Shown piece after piece: positions 20,269 to 34,600 of a DNA stretch of 64,000 bases. The stretch's first letter is position 1, and every line of letters begins with the position of its first letter. The notes under the pieces were generated by a model. The model saw nothing but the letters and a program-made list of their open reading frames with translations. It ran no database searches and was not told where the DNA came from. Source of the DNA: Bdellovibrionota bacterium (GTDB taxonomy: Bacteria; Bdellovibrionota; UBA1018; CAIPTA01; JAALKR01); the NCBI GenBank assembly GCA_965207455.1, contig CBDBMJ010000001.1:832001-896000 (forward strand), given 5' to 3'. The position numbers and the translations under genes are program-made.

Positions 20269-21948
20269 TCAAAATCCAGCCTGAATTGTAAACTGAAATA
20301 AATTGTATTTATGATGTCTTTCTTCATGAACACTACTTAATCCTATAGCTGTTGTTCCTTCTATACCTAAGTGCTGTTTATATAATTGTTTTTTAAATCC
20401 AAATCCAATAGAAGTGGCTGTATCTTCAGGTTGAATTTCATCTTCACCATCAAGAACTCTATAATAAGGAAATACAACTCCATATTGAAAAAAAGAATAA
20501 ATTTGAAAACTCGGATCAAAAGCATATTCTGCTTTCACATCTAAAACATATCCTTTATCACCAGAAACCAATCCTGATTGATAAGCCAGATTATTTCTAC
20601 CTCCCAATTGAAATTGTTCTATAATAGGAAAATTTCCATTTTTCCCGCTAAGCTGTCCATTTAAGTTTACAGTAAGATTGATATTATATGCTATTTTTTG
20701 ACGTCTGATTATATCGAATGAATATTTTGTAAACTCACCAATAGTTTTTATATGATTTAATATACTGCTGCTAGTAAATCTTTGTATTTTAAAATCCCCA
20801 AGCCATACTCCACTAAAATCCTGTCTTCCAACGTTAACCCCCAATGAGTGCTTATAAAAAATATTTTTATTTAGTAATTGATTTAATGTAGTATTATTAA
20901 TATTTTGAATATATTCATAGCTAGATTCTATTTTCCAACTTTTATCAACATAAATAGGCTGAATAAACGAACCCGAAACAGCAACAGAACTTCCTGCAAC
21001 ATTTAAAGTTTCAAAAACTCCACCTATAATATCTTGCTCAATTCTTGAATATAATAATTTAATCCGAGTTCCCATATCATTTACAGGCACTTCATAGGAA
21101 GCAAACCCAGAGATAGATCCTGCTGTTTTTGTAATACCTAAACTCAAAAGATCATCAATTCCAAATAAAGCTCTATCTAAAAAAGTAACACCATATCGAA
21201 TAAATCCTGTGCTTTGAGATCCTTTATTATCTAAGTAAACTCCAGCGGAATACCTAGGAATCTCACTTATATTTATTGATATATTTGAAAAGCCTATTTT
21301 TGTTCCTGGACTAAGTTTTGCCACTATAGAAGCACTTTTATTTGTTTTATTAAAATACAATAAATGATTCTCAATATCCTTCAAATTAATAAAGTCTCCC
21401 TCTATAATGGGAAAGGATTCCTTCAAATAACTGGTGGAAGTATATTTATTTCCTTTAAACTTAACAGTTTCCAGCTTACCCTCAACAAGCAATATTTTAA
21501 CAACACCCTTACTTATTTTTTGTGGCGGCAGAATTGCCAGACAAGAAGCCGAACCTTTTTTCTTATATAAATTATTAATATCTAAAACAACCTCCTTCAA
21601 CTCACCAATACTTAACTTTCGCCCTTCATACTGTCTGGTTATATTCCGAATTTCTTTTTTAGACAATATTTTTGATTTAGAAATCATTATTTTCTTTACA
21701 TTAAACTTAATATTATTCAGCAAGCTCTTTTTATCTCCACTTTCCTTACGTTTTTCTTCTTCTATCTTAATTCTCTTTTTTCTCAAATCCCTGTACCGCT
21801 GCTCTCTCTCTAATTTATGTAATTTCTCTAAAATATTTCCAGTGGACAGCTTTCTTTTAATATCATTTAAATCATCTCTAGCCATTACCGAATAGCTACC
21901 AAAAATTAATGTGCAACAGATAAAGTAAAAAATATAAATAAATTTCAT
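20269..21948 (-). CDS. TpsB (ShlB/FhaC/HecB family) two-partner secretion outer-membrane transporter
   Basis: Signal peptide, two POTRA-like domains (LPPQKI..GVVKI.LVEG), DNKGSQSTG barrel start, QFQLGG..SGDKG, terminal Phe. Confidence 0.9.
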   Translation of the reverse strand: MKFIYIFYFICCTLIFGSYSVMARDDLNDIKRKLSTGNILEKLHKLEREQRYRDLRKKRIKIEEEKRKESGDKKSLLNNIKFNVKKIMISKSKILSKKEIRNITRQYEGRKLSIGELKEVVLDINNLYKKKGSASCLAILPPQKISKGVVKILLVEGKLETVKFKGNKYTSTSYLKESFPIIEGDFINLKDIENHLLYFNKTNKSASIVAKLSPGTKIGFSNISINISEIPRYSAGVYLDNKGSQSTGFIRYGVTFLDRALFGIDDLLSLGITKTAGSISGFASYEVPVNDMGTRIKLLYSRIEQDIIGGVFETLNVAGSSVAVSGSFIQPIYVDKSWKIESSYEYIQNINNTTLNQLLNKNIFYKHSLGVNVGRQDFSGVWLGDFKIQRFTSSSILNHIKTIGEFTKYSFDIIRRQKIAYNINLTVNLNGQLSGKNGNFPIIEQFQLGGRNNLAYQSGLVSGDKGYVLDVKAEYAFDPSFQIYSFFQYGVVFPYYRVLDGEDEIQPEDTATSIGFGFKKQLYKQHLGIEGTTAIGLSSVHEERHHKYNLFQFTIQAGF

Positions 21949-21972
21949 ATATATAATGTTATCATAATAATA

Positions 21973-22659
21973 ATGAAAAAATATCTATACACTATATTTC
22001 TATTGCTAATAACTAATGAAATACACGCAAAACCATCATTTTCTGTATCTTTTGGAGGAAGTCAGAATCATATATCTTTTGGAAGCAAAATAAACGATTT
22101 TCATAAAGATACATATAGTGCCATAACTTTATTTACCAATTTAAATGTAAATTTATATAAAATAAAAAACATTACTTTATCTGCCAACGGAGGAATAACC
22201 TCTTACAATTATCCTGAAGATTTAAATGAATTATCCGGTAAGTCAAAGTTCATAATCCCTAATTTTTCTGCTCAAATAGATTTCAAAATACAGTTTATTA
22301 AATGCAGTTTTATATTAGGTAAGACATCCGTAATATCCTCAAGTATGAGTAGAGAAAATAAAGTTTCACTTAATGGAAATAGTGTAAATTTCATTGAGCC
22401 TAAAGCATACATTGAGGTATATAAATTGTACAAACTCAATATCAATTTAAATATTAGTTATCAATTATTATCCGCATATTCCCAAACATCAGGAGCAGGC
22501 AATAAATTTTCAATGGAGCTGGATATTTTTACAAAGAAAAATAAGAAAAGAAAATCATCATTCTCTATTTTTTGGAAAACACAAGAATATTCCACAGAAG
22601 GATTTCAAGAAAAAACTAAAATTATTGGCTCTCGGATTAAATGGAACTTGAGTTTATAA
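21973..22659 (+). CDS. Hypothetical exported protein, possibly a small outer-membrane beta-barrel
   Basis: Signal peptide (..NEIHA), alternating beta-strand pattern, C-terminal RIKWNLSL resembling a beta-signal. Confidence 0.6.
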   Translation: MKKYLYTIFLLLITNEIHAKPSFSVSFGGSQNHISFGSKINDFHKDTYSAITLFTNLNVNLYKIKNITLSANGGITSYNYPEDLNELSGKSKFIIPNFSAQIDFKIQFIKCSFILGKTSVISSSMSRENKVSLNGNSVNFIEPKAYIEVYKLYKLNINLNISYQLLSAYSQTSGAGNKFSMELDIFTKKNKKRKSSFSIFWKTQEYSTEGFQEKTKIIGSRIKWNLSL

Positions 22660-22664
22660 ATTAT

Positions 22665-25600
22665 TTAATTTTCATCATCATTAAATATGGTGTTTTCAAT
22701 ATCAATAATATCAGATAATCCTCCATCAAAAACAATGGAATTGAAACTGTCATCAGCTAATATTTTATCCGATAAACTTTTATTTTCATCATCATCTGAT
22801 GCTATGCTTCTGTTTATTCCGTTAAAATCTTCACTATCCCATGGAGTAAAACTAAAATCTTTCTTACGATTATCTCTGTTTCTATTTGTATAACTAAGTA
22901 GACTTCCTTCTTCAATACTGCTGGATAAAATTTCTGGTGTTTCTGTATAACCCTGCAGCCCTTCTGCATCTACTAAAATACGCTGCCCAACCTCTACAAC
23001 ATTATCATTTTTCCCAATAAAATGAGTATTTATTCTAAGTCCCGTTTGATTATAATATAAAATAAATGCATCTGTACTAAAGCTAGTTTGATTTAAATCA
23101 AATCTAAATTGATATTCAGGAGCATATAATTGGATAAAACGATCTCTTAAGCTTGTATCTTGATTGTTCATATACATAGTAGCTCGTCCTGCTACTAAAT
23201 CTATATAATGAGAAATATATCCATCTATAATTCTAAAATATTGACTAGAAACTGAAATTTCAGCTATACTTGCCCGTAGTTGAGTAAACTCCAGTTTACT
23301 ATTAATATTAGCATTTTTAATCTTTAATGAATTCCCCACACTACCATTATTTCCAGTAGAATTAATTGTAAATGTTTCATTGCTATTTTTCTGTGATAGA
23401 TTATTTATATGAATGTCATTTGCATCTAAGTTTAAAGACTCTTTAATAGAAGCAGAACCTATACTGATGTATCCCACAGAATCAATATCTGCTTTTTCAG
23501 CAATCATAGTACCTATACCTACAGAACCATTTCTGATATCTAATATCACTTCGTTTTCTGCTGAAAGTCTCCCAACTTCTAAATCTCCATCTAATTTTCT
23601 TAAATATAAATTATTAGAAGATATATTTGAAAATGAAGCATCAGTGACTATTTCATAATAATTATTTGAGTATCCAATATCACCATTGTCTACCTGCAAA
23701 GATATAGAATTTGCATCAAAATTTATATTAGATCCGCTTAGATAAGTATAAGCACGAAGGCTAATATTTTCTCCATATAAAAGATTTCCATTAGCAATAT
23801 AACTATTTAAGCTATGAACCACAATATTTCCTCGATTAATTGTTATAAGACTTTCCAAATCTATATAATCTTGAGCTATGATTGTAATATTTTTCCCATA
23901 TATAGTATTTCCTGCTAATTGATTGAAATAACCTTCTGAAATTAAACGGATATCTGCATTAGGAGCATAAATAGATTCTCCTATTTCTAAATTTCCGCCA
24001 TCTCTAGCTTCAAGTTCCAAAGAATCTCCAGTAGCTGAAACTCCAACTCCAGCAGAAAGTATATTGATGTCACCTTGAGAAGAAATTCTAGAAGAACCCT
24101 TTAAGACAATTTCACTAATATTCAAAGAACTGTCATTATTAATGTTTACATCTCCATTGACACTGCGAATTTTAATTTGATTAATATGAGTTTCTAACCC
24201 ATTCATATTCCCAATACCTTCATCTCCAGATATATAAGCTAGAGCATTATCCCCCATAAGTGAAATATCTATATCACTATCTCCTCCATCTATTATTTCA
24301 CCTCCTGCATTCAAATTAAATGCATTTTCTTCATCAGCACTTGTACTTATACTTCCTATTTGAATATCTCCTGTGGCTCTAATATCTAGCAACCCTGTGC
24401 TAGATACTATAGTACTACCATCTTCCATTATAATAGAGTATTTTTCACTTTCACCGGCAGAACCTGCAGAAAGAGTTATATTTGATGAACTATTTATTAA
24501 TTTTCCTAAAGAAGAAAAATTTATATCACCATTAATAGATTTTAAATTGATTATTTCATCGGTAGATATTATTCCTTGGACAGAAATTCCTGCCATGGAA
24601 TCTAGAATTATATCATCTGTTGCCGTTATGGATTGAATATTTAAAATCCTACTTGGGCTATATAAGTAAACACCCCCACTAGACGCAATAGCTGTTAAAT
24701 TTCCATTTGCATTTAATCCTATATCTAAAGCTTCGTTATTTCCATTAGAGCCACCTATTTCTCCTCCAGCATTCAAATAAAGATCTTTTGAACGAATATC
24801 AAGATCCTCATCTTCATAATAATCCAGAATAGAACCATCTGCAGTAAGATAGATAGAATTTTCTGAAAATAAAGTATCTACCCTCATATCACCAGAATTT
24901 TCAATTATATAAATATTATTTCTAGCTCGTGCTGTGATTTTATTATTTGCATCTTGTTCTATTAAAATAGGATTAGCTTGAGTTCCAATAGAACCATTAC
25001 CAGCCTCAAGAATTAAATTTACACCATTAAAAATAGGAGTATTTAATGGCGCGCTGCTGTAAATACTGCCTGAAACCTCCACTCTAATTTGTTCTGTACT
25101 AGAAGCTCCTATTATATTTACATCTTCCTCTGACCCTAAAAATATATGACCATTTGCTGTTAAATCAATTGTTCCAGTGGCATCAATATCAATATCTTCT
25201 TTTCTGGCAATTCGTAATTCTGTGCTTGTAATAGTTAAATCATCACGCTCTGCAGAGGCCAATGCAATTCTCTCATCATCATTTAAGAGAACAGAATTCG
25301 ATTCAGAAAATGTAATTATTAAGTCATTTAGAGTACTTCCAATTTGCCCTGCAGCAGTAATTTTAACATTTCTGCCAGAGAAATTTGATGTTTCAATTCT
25401 AACTTGTGTATCCGATGTTTCAATAAGTAATCCAGCAGATATACCACTATTGAGTTCTTTCTCTGTCCAAGAAGCCCCTTCTTTCAACATTGCTTCATCT
25501 TCAATATTCATAGTATAAGTAAAATTAGGATCATAATTAGTGCTGCCAAAATATTCATGAGATTCATGAAATTTTTCAGTTAATGTATTCTCATAATTTC

Positions 25601-28600
25601 TTATATTTTCATCGTTCCAATTATTTTGTTCTTTTAATAATATTTTATCTTGATTACTTAATTCAATTATCTTATTAACATCATAAGATTCTGAAGTGTA
25701 TGTAACTATGCCAATATCATTTCTCACTTCTTGTAAATTTCTATTATTCCAATAATTTTTATATTCACGTTTCTTTTCTGATTTAAAAATTTCTAATGAT
25801 TCATCTCCACTATTTTCTGCATTAGAACCTGTCAGCCTAAGATCATCATAAATATTTAATAATTTACTTCTAGCAATAACATCTTGTTGTTCCTCTGTAT
25901 TTCCATCTAAAACTAATCCAGAAGATTTTACGTTTATATCACCTCCATGAGAAATAATTCTATCCACTAATAGATCCCCATCAAACTCACTTATATGTAT
26001 ATCACCAGCAGCTTCTATATAAACGCTTCCAGTAACACTATCTGAATTTATAGACAAAGGATTCAATGCAGCGCCAACTCCAGAATTTCTAGAATAAATT
26101 TTAATTGAATTTCCTATTATTGCTTCTGTAGATGAAGATTGAATTAAACCATCAGCTTTTAGAAATACATCTCCATTTTCAGAAGAAATTTGATTAAAGT
26201 TAAGATTTCCAATAGACGCATTAATATGAATATCTTTTTCTGCACTAGCTGAAAAAATGTAAAAATCTTCTTGTTCTAATATAATGTTTTTCCCTAAGCC
26301 ACCTATAGATCCGTTTCCAGCTATTAGTGATAAAGATTCTCCATTTATAGATGCTAAATCAGTGCCACTCAATATATCTCCATTTATAGACTCTATACTT
26401 GTATTTCCTTTTAAATTACGAATTGAGGAATTTAATATAATACTTCCTTGAGAACTAACTGAGATATCTCCAGTGTCATATCCAGTAAATTCAATGCTTA
26501 TATTATGACTTGCTTTTACATTATGTTCATAATAATTCCTATATCCTTCATCATATTCCTGTTTTGTTGTATATCTTGTTTTCACACAAACAATAAACCA
26601 AGCTACACACTTAGACGTTGTGATTTGATTTCTTAATTTTCTACTTGCTTGCTCTCTTGTGAACTGATAACTATAATCATTTGAATTAATTTCTGTGGAT
26701 ACATAACCACCATTAATCAATTCACTACTAGTCAAAGAAATCGTTTCTCTGGAAATCTCTGTTCCAAGATCAGTACTACCAAAAGGAATAAATAAAAATT
26801 TCGCTCGTTCTACAGCATGCGTAATTATTTCTCTTGAGCCTTCATTTTGCCCATTTACCCAATAATAACGCTGATCAGATTTAGGAGTATATGAAGATGT
26901 CCGACTATTTGTTTGGCTAATTATATTATTTGGATTGCCATTGCTGTCTAAAGTAGTATTATCTTTTACAGTTAAAACACTACCAAGTCGACTATATGTT
27001 TTAGTATAAGAACTTCCATTAAAACCTGTTCGAGAGGTATCAATAATAGAAATTTTACCCTCAATATCATCTCCTAAATCCAATCGACCTAACGAAATCG
27101 TTTTATTTGTTTCATTATTAATTAAAAATCTACCATAACCATCAACTGCTTGTATTATCCCATTTCCAGTACTAATAATTTTTCCAGTAAGCTGGACTAA
27201 TCCACCACGAACTCCAGCAGCAATCAGTTCTATCTGATCTGTTTTAAAATTAATCCTTGTTCGAAATTTATCAACATTTTCACCAGAGCTACTTATAGTA
27301 TAATATTGCAAATCAGGAGAACTATTTCCAGATTGTACAGCCTGATTATATAAGTTTCGCGCATTCTGAACATTTGAATTATTAATCATCGAATTTGTTA
27401 TTGTAATGGACCGATCTGGATTTCCACTTTTTATTCGACCATTTATATTTAATATCTCAGCAGTAATAAAAACATTATTTCCCGCAATTATAGATGATTC
27501 TGCCTCTGGAAGTGCGGCACTTCCATCATACATATATTCTGCATCATTTCTATTTGTATTTGTATAAGTATTTCTATTATCAAAGGATTCTAGTTCTTTT
27601 TGATCAGCAATAGTTCCAAACTGAGAACTAGGATCTCCACCAATATTATAAATGCCTGAAATATAATTTTGAATAAAATCTTCTCCAGTAGATAGAGTAA
27701 TAGAATCTGCAAATATACTAGATGAAGACACGATGCTCCCAGAACGATTTGTAATATTTACAGATCCCCCATGATTACTAATAACATCTCTTAACTGGAC
27801 TTCTGGATTTAATAAATCAGGAAGATTCATTATATTATATCGAGAATCATCCACATCAAAATTATTTATTATAGAAATAGATGGATCTGAACTATTTGTG
27901 TTATCAGTAATTAAAAAATTTGCTTGTTCTATTTTTTCTTTATTTCTGGAATTAATAGATTGATTATCTCTAACTCGAATATTATTTAAAATAATTCTTC
28001 CACCAGTACGGTTAGTGATATTGAGTTTATTCAATCTAAGAAAACTTGGAGAATCATTGGTAATACTGATTGTTGCATCTCCAGGAGCATAAAGTGTTCC
28101 TGTTCCAGTAAAATTATCTCCATATAATCTAATATCTCCATTTTGTGCATAAATATCATCTAACTCTATTACTTGAACGATTGTACTTTTTTCAATAGAA
28201 CCAAGTTGAGTTTCTAGCCTTGAAATTTCAGAATCCAATGTTGCCTTTATCTCTGGAGCTCCATCATATGCTGCTCTTAATTTCTTCAAACGAAAAATTT
28301 CATTAGATATTTCTTGAGTAAGAGGAACATTTCCTTTAAATGTCCACTTAATATTTTCACTTTGACTGCTGGAGTTGATATTTCTAATAAATATTTTATC
28401 TTCAGAGCTATTTACATCAAATACTTCCACATTTCCATTAATCTCATTTTTAGCTACAAAATAATGAATTAAATTTCCACTAGATTTTCCATAAGCATGG
28501 AAATCGCTACCAAAATTAACATATTGACTATTTTGTATTCCAGATCGAATATTTCCATTTATTTTTACACTAGAGTTAGAATTATCTATAGCTCTTCCTG

Positions 28601-31600
28601 ACCGAATAAAAAGAGCAGAACCATCCGATATACCTAAAAAGTTAGCAATATCAGACAATGCCTCACTATATAGATCTTTTCCTTCTCCATAACCATGGGA
28701 TACATGCGCTCCATTCTCAGCTCTCAAAATCACATCACCTACACTAAGAACCGCAGCATCATCATTGATAATTACTTCATTTTCTTGTTCAATTGCAGAA
28801 TTAGCATCAGGACTTGTGGATATGGGGAAAACTGTCTTATTCCAAATCCTAGTTTCTGCATCAGAAATCAAATTATTAGACAGACCTCCATCATGCCCTG
28901 CCATAACAAATATATCTCCATCAGAGCGAACTTTTGAGTTATTATCTAAAATGGTATTATTTAAAATAGAAACATTTGCATTAGATATGCCACTTCCTGC
29001 TCCAGCTAAACCAAAAGTTTTTATATACGTTACTGCTGAAATATCAGCTAATGTTCGAGAACCAATGGATACATCTCCCACAGAATCTAACGAAGAAAAT
29101 CTTTCTATATTAATAGTATTACTAGCATTATAATTAATATTAGTTTCAGCTAAAGCGACAGCTATAGCTCCTCCAGCTTCTAATTTACCCTTATCTTTAA
29201 TATTTCCTTCATTTATTGCACGTATATTAAATTCACCTGGATCAGTCCTATCTCCAATTACTTTTATTGAAGAATTTTCTCCAATATTGATTCCAGTATC
29301 ATGAGTGATGTTAGTTATACTTGAAGCAGCCGCTGCATTCCAAACACCACCAGAGCCACCATACAAATTCCCATCGGTAAATATATTTTTTTCTGCCTCA
29401 TTTTTTGCTATTACATTAAAGGAGCGGGCCTCTATTGTATTATAATTACCCATATCAGCAGAAATATTCGATCGAATTGTACTATTTACACGGGATCCAC
29501 TGGCGCCTACTACAGAGGCACGATAGCTATTAGATTTAGAGTCAAAAACCAATTTCCTGCTGACATTAATAGATACAGAGCCACTCTTGATATTGCTATA
29601 ACTGCTAGCCGTGCCATCTAATATACGAATATGGGTATTAGCATTAGAATCTATATCAGAGCTGGAAGCCACAAGAGCACCCAAAGCACCTGCACCAGAA
29701 GTAGAGTCCGATACTAATCTATTCTCTCCCCTAGCATTCAGCCCAAAAGCATTGATGGCATTTATTGTATTATTTCTACCAAGTTCCACTAAAGATGAAG
29801 AATTCAATACAACTTTAGATTTATTAAAGCCAATAGCTAAAAGCCCCCCCACACTCACTCCTAATACCTCACTAGAAACTGTGCTTAAATCGCTTGCTTC
29901 CAATACAATATCATTCCCAGAGTTAAATATATTATTTGCTCCTGTCTTAGCTTGAACCACAGAATTGGATTGAGCTAAAGAATCTGTAGCACCCAAACCT
30001 ATGGAAATCCCTCCTGTGGCTCCCGTTACATAACTGGAAGCACTGGAGTCGCTAGATGGTTTATTTATTAAACTAAATAGTGTAATATCATTTCCAGCAT
30101 CAATACGAACATTGTCCCCTACTTCCACTGAACTAGTAGTAGATAATATTGATTCAGAAGTATTAAGACCAACGCTTGATCCTCCAGACACATTTACTCC
30201 AAATGTTTTTGTTAAAATTTTTGGATTAATATTGGATAGGATTTGAACATTATTATTTGCCTGTATAGTTGAGTTGTTGTTTATTTTTGAAATATTAATA
30301 GATCTATCTACTGCTTTAGATATGCCACCACTAATAGCACTGCCTATTCCTGCAGCGCCTATAGTAGAACTACTATCTATTATCATATTAGATTCTGTCT
30401 TTACTGTCACATTTTCAAATGAATTCTCTTGTGTTCCCACTGTATTTCCAACACCTAAGTAAGCCTGAGTGCCTCCAGATACTTCTATAGTGCTGATAGA
30501 TACCCCTGCAGAAAAAATTCCAGACACTCCTCCTAAACTGCTAGCATAAATATCAGCAGTTCTCCCAGCTTGAACATTTAATTGTTCTCCAAATAAAATA
30601 TTATCTCTACCTGTATATGCTAATGATGTGCTTTGTTGTTTTAAAATAGCTAAACTACCAGCAAACCCCAATAAACCTGCACTACCACCAATAGATTCAA
30701 CACCACTTTTATCACTATCTATTTTTTCTAAATCTGCACTAATAGTTAGAGAACCACCTGAAGATAAAGTAACATTTTCATTGCTAAAAGCTTGTACTGT
30801 GGTATTGGAAATTCCCACAGCAAACCAACCACCAATTGCACTAGAACCAATAGTGGCTCCACCAGCAGTCAACTTCATTTCACTAATGTCTTTGGATATA
30901 ATAGAAATATCTCCAACGGCTATAATGGAAGAATTACTTCCAATATAAGCACTTGTTTTATCTAAAGAATCTGTGGAACTCATATTTAAATAATTGTCTA
31001 AACCATCTGTATTATTCAACGCACTGGTATTTTCTTTTTCTGACCGTCTTCGTGAATTAGCATAATCCCCTTTTTCACCACTGCTGTGGCTTGAAATATG
31101 ATCAGAAGACAATTGAGAGCTCAAACTATTAATTACACTATTATTATCCCCCCCAAGCTGTTCTTTTCCATCATTACCTAGTTCAGATCCCACAGAAGCC
31201 AATACTAAAGAACCAGCATATCCAACACCCAAACCACCAGCACCTGCTATACTTATCATTTCAATATCTCGACTAGAAGTGGCTCCTATATCAACATCTC
31301 TTCCAGCATAAATATTTGTATCTTCTGCTACATAAGATTCAACTGTATTGCGAACAATTACTGTGTTTATACTAGCTCCAGCACTAGCTATTCCAGAAAT
31401 AGCACCAGCACCAGCAATACTATTTACATAAACAGCATCATTTGCATTAACCTTAACATCTTGCTCATTAGTTTTATAACTTTCAGTCTGGTTAATCCTT
31501 GTTCCTCTTCCAATATAGGATTTAACATTGGAGTTAGATACTTTTATGCTAAAAGCTCCAGCTAATGCAAACTTTTCAGCCACAGAACCAGCAACAACTC

Positions 31601-34600
31601 TATCATCAAAATTTGCTACAGAAATTGCATCGATGTTTATAATACCAGAAGAATCTGCATCCACATTATTTCCAATATAAGCATTTACATTACTTTTTAT
31701 AATATCTATACTCATACTGGCACCAACAGCAAGCTCTTTACTAATACCAACTCTACCTGTTGTTTTATTGATACTGGCATTATCTGTTGCTAAAATATTT
31801 AGATCACCACTTGTTTTTATATTAGTATTATCAAGAATTTTTGCATCCACATTGTTCACTATCACACTACCTGCAATAGACCCTCCTATGGCAGTTCCAG
31901 AAGATATTCCTCCATCTATTGCTCCTATAATTAAATTTTCTTCAGATTCTGATTTTACAGACACCGTATTTGAAGATTTTACATTTCCACCAATTTCAGA
32001 TAAAACCTGTTTATTTATAACATCAATATTAGATGACATAGTATAAGAAGAACCATTAGATACAGACCCAGTAATAGAAATACCTACTATTTCTGTTTTA
32101 TCTGAAGCATGAACTATTACTTTTTGATCAGAATGGGCATTTGTATTTATAGTATTAATATTTGCACCATTTGCAATTCTTGCTTTTGTTTGTGTTTGAA
32201 CAATATTCACTCCTGCTGTAGCAGAATTAGTTTGTCCACCAGATACCGCAAATCCTATTGGTGCATTAAAAATATCTTCATGGGATACAGCAACCACAGC
32301 TAACCCTCTAATTGAATCAGTTTCATAATTATTATTTTTTTGAGTAACTGTAGTAGTTTCTGATTCACCACTATCTGAATCTGTTGTAGTTTTAGCATCC
32401 ATATCAACTGCACTGGAAGTTATATTAGAATTATATATGTCCATAGTTCCACCTTCACCTAAGGCAGTAACATTTGCTGATCCCACATAAGCCTGTGTTG
32501 TTGTAAGAACCGTATTAATACCAATGGCGCCACCAACAGTGGTAGCTCCAAATTGTCCTGCCAAAGGCACTGTATCAATTTCAAGATCATCCATGGCCTG
32601 GACTCTTATATTTCCCTGAGAATATAAAATAGATCCATCAGATATATAAGCTTCAGTAGTATTAACAACTGTTTGAGGAGAAATTACTCCACCCAAACCA
32701 AGAGCGCCTCCTTGAGCACTCACCGTTATTGCTATCAGTTTTTCTATTGAACTGGCATCGATTAAAATTTCTCTTTTTGCTTTTATATTAGCTCTACTTC
32801 CAATAAAAGATTTTGTATTCTTAGAAATAGTTGTAATATTTGCTGAAATTCCTATGCCAACAAGCGCTCCTCCTCCATCTCCTCCCAAACTAAATGTCTT
32901 TGTATTACTATTTGATTGTATGGAAACACGTTGATCCGATTCTCCATTATCATCATCATTTATAATTGCGCCACTCCCAATATAAGCATAAGTGTTGGAA
33001 AGTACTGTTTGATTAACAATTGATCCATTAATGGCTGCATATAATGAACCGCCTCCTGCCACAGCAAGTGTGTGTAAATTTTCCTCTGTACTAGCTGTAA
33101 TATCCAAATACCTAGAGGAATTTACTCTTGCATTGCTTGCAATAAATGCTTCGGCAGAATCACCCACAACAACAATACCCACAGATCCTCCAACAGTAAA
33201 TGTCCCAGACCCTGTTATGGCACCAGCTCCAAGGCGAGTAATCACACCATCTCTAGCATTAATACTAATATCTTTTCCTGAATTTACTTGTGCATTTGTA
33301 TCAATAAAAGCTTGTGTTTTATTCAATGACACTGAACTATCATCTTCTATAATAGAAGATATTGCTGCTCTACCTGTACTTGCATCTAAAATTCCTTTTA
33401 TCTCCAAAGCTTCATCAGTGCTTCCTAAATCATCTCCAACTTGACTAGAAGTAGTTCGATCATCCATTCCACTCCAAGCATTTCCATTATTTCCATTTTC
33501 ATCAGAGCCAGAAATTTCTGAACGCTCATCACTACCCAATGAAGCACCTAATACCATTACGGAAACAGCACCAGCAATACCTGCAGTTCCACCTGCACCA
33601 AAAGCCACAGAATAGGAATCAACCTCTTTATTAGATATGGCACTTATATTTATATCATCGTTCGCATTTACAAGAGCACCATTCCCTATGTAAGCATTCG
33701 TTTGATTCCGTATAACAACCACATCACCAGAAAAACCAAAACCTACTGTACCACCACCAGAAAGCCCACCAACAACGCCTAATTCACGAACATTATTATG
33801 TGCTCGTATATTTACAGATTGACCACTGACTGTGTACGTTGAATCTTGATTGATATTTCCTTCAGCATAGGCTCGTGTACTTGAATTATGCACTCGAATA
33901 GCTAATGCACCAGCTATTCCCACTGTACCACCGCCACTACCAGCAACTGCAAGACCGTATACTGATTCATTTGTATCTGCTTCTATGGAAATCTCACCAC
34001 TAGCATTTATAGATGCATCAGATCCCACATAAGCCAATGTTGTGCTATTAAAAACAGATAAGCCAAAAGAAGCTCCAAAACCAACTGTACCACCACCAGC
34101 AGAAATAACACCTGAAATTTGAGCTAAAAATGAATTATCATCAGCAGAAACATCAATATTTCCTTCTGTATTTACATTACCATCAATATAGGCTTGAGTA
34201 TTGTTCACTATTACTCCAGCAGCTAACGTGCCACCAATAGTATTTCCTCCACCTCCCACAAAACCAGCAGCTACAGAAAGTAGTCGATTATTGGAATTAG
34301 CTGCAACTGTCACATCACTCTTAGACTGTACATTGGCTCCAGCGCCTATATATGCAGAAATATTTTTTACAGCAGTAAAAATTTCCCCTGCTCCTCCAAC
34401 GCCATCTCCACCACTTACAGTTAATGCTCCTGAAAAGTTAATCACATTACTATCAATTATTGAATGTAAAAGAACTTGCTGATCTACATTAGCGCTTGTG
34501 TTATTCGCATTAATAGTAGCATTACCGATAGAGGCTTCTGCTGTATGAGCAAATACTGCTGTAGCCACATTGGCTGCAATCCCTGTACCTGAAGCTCCAG

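Noticed and set aside
22665..23000. CdiA-type C-terminal toxin with 21973-22659 as immunity gene
   Set aside because: No VENN/ELYN-type junction, the tail is acidic and low in complexity, and the neighbour is on the opposite strand with a signal peptide.
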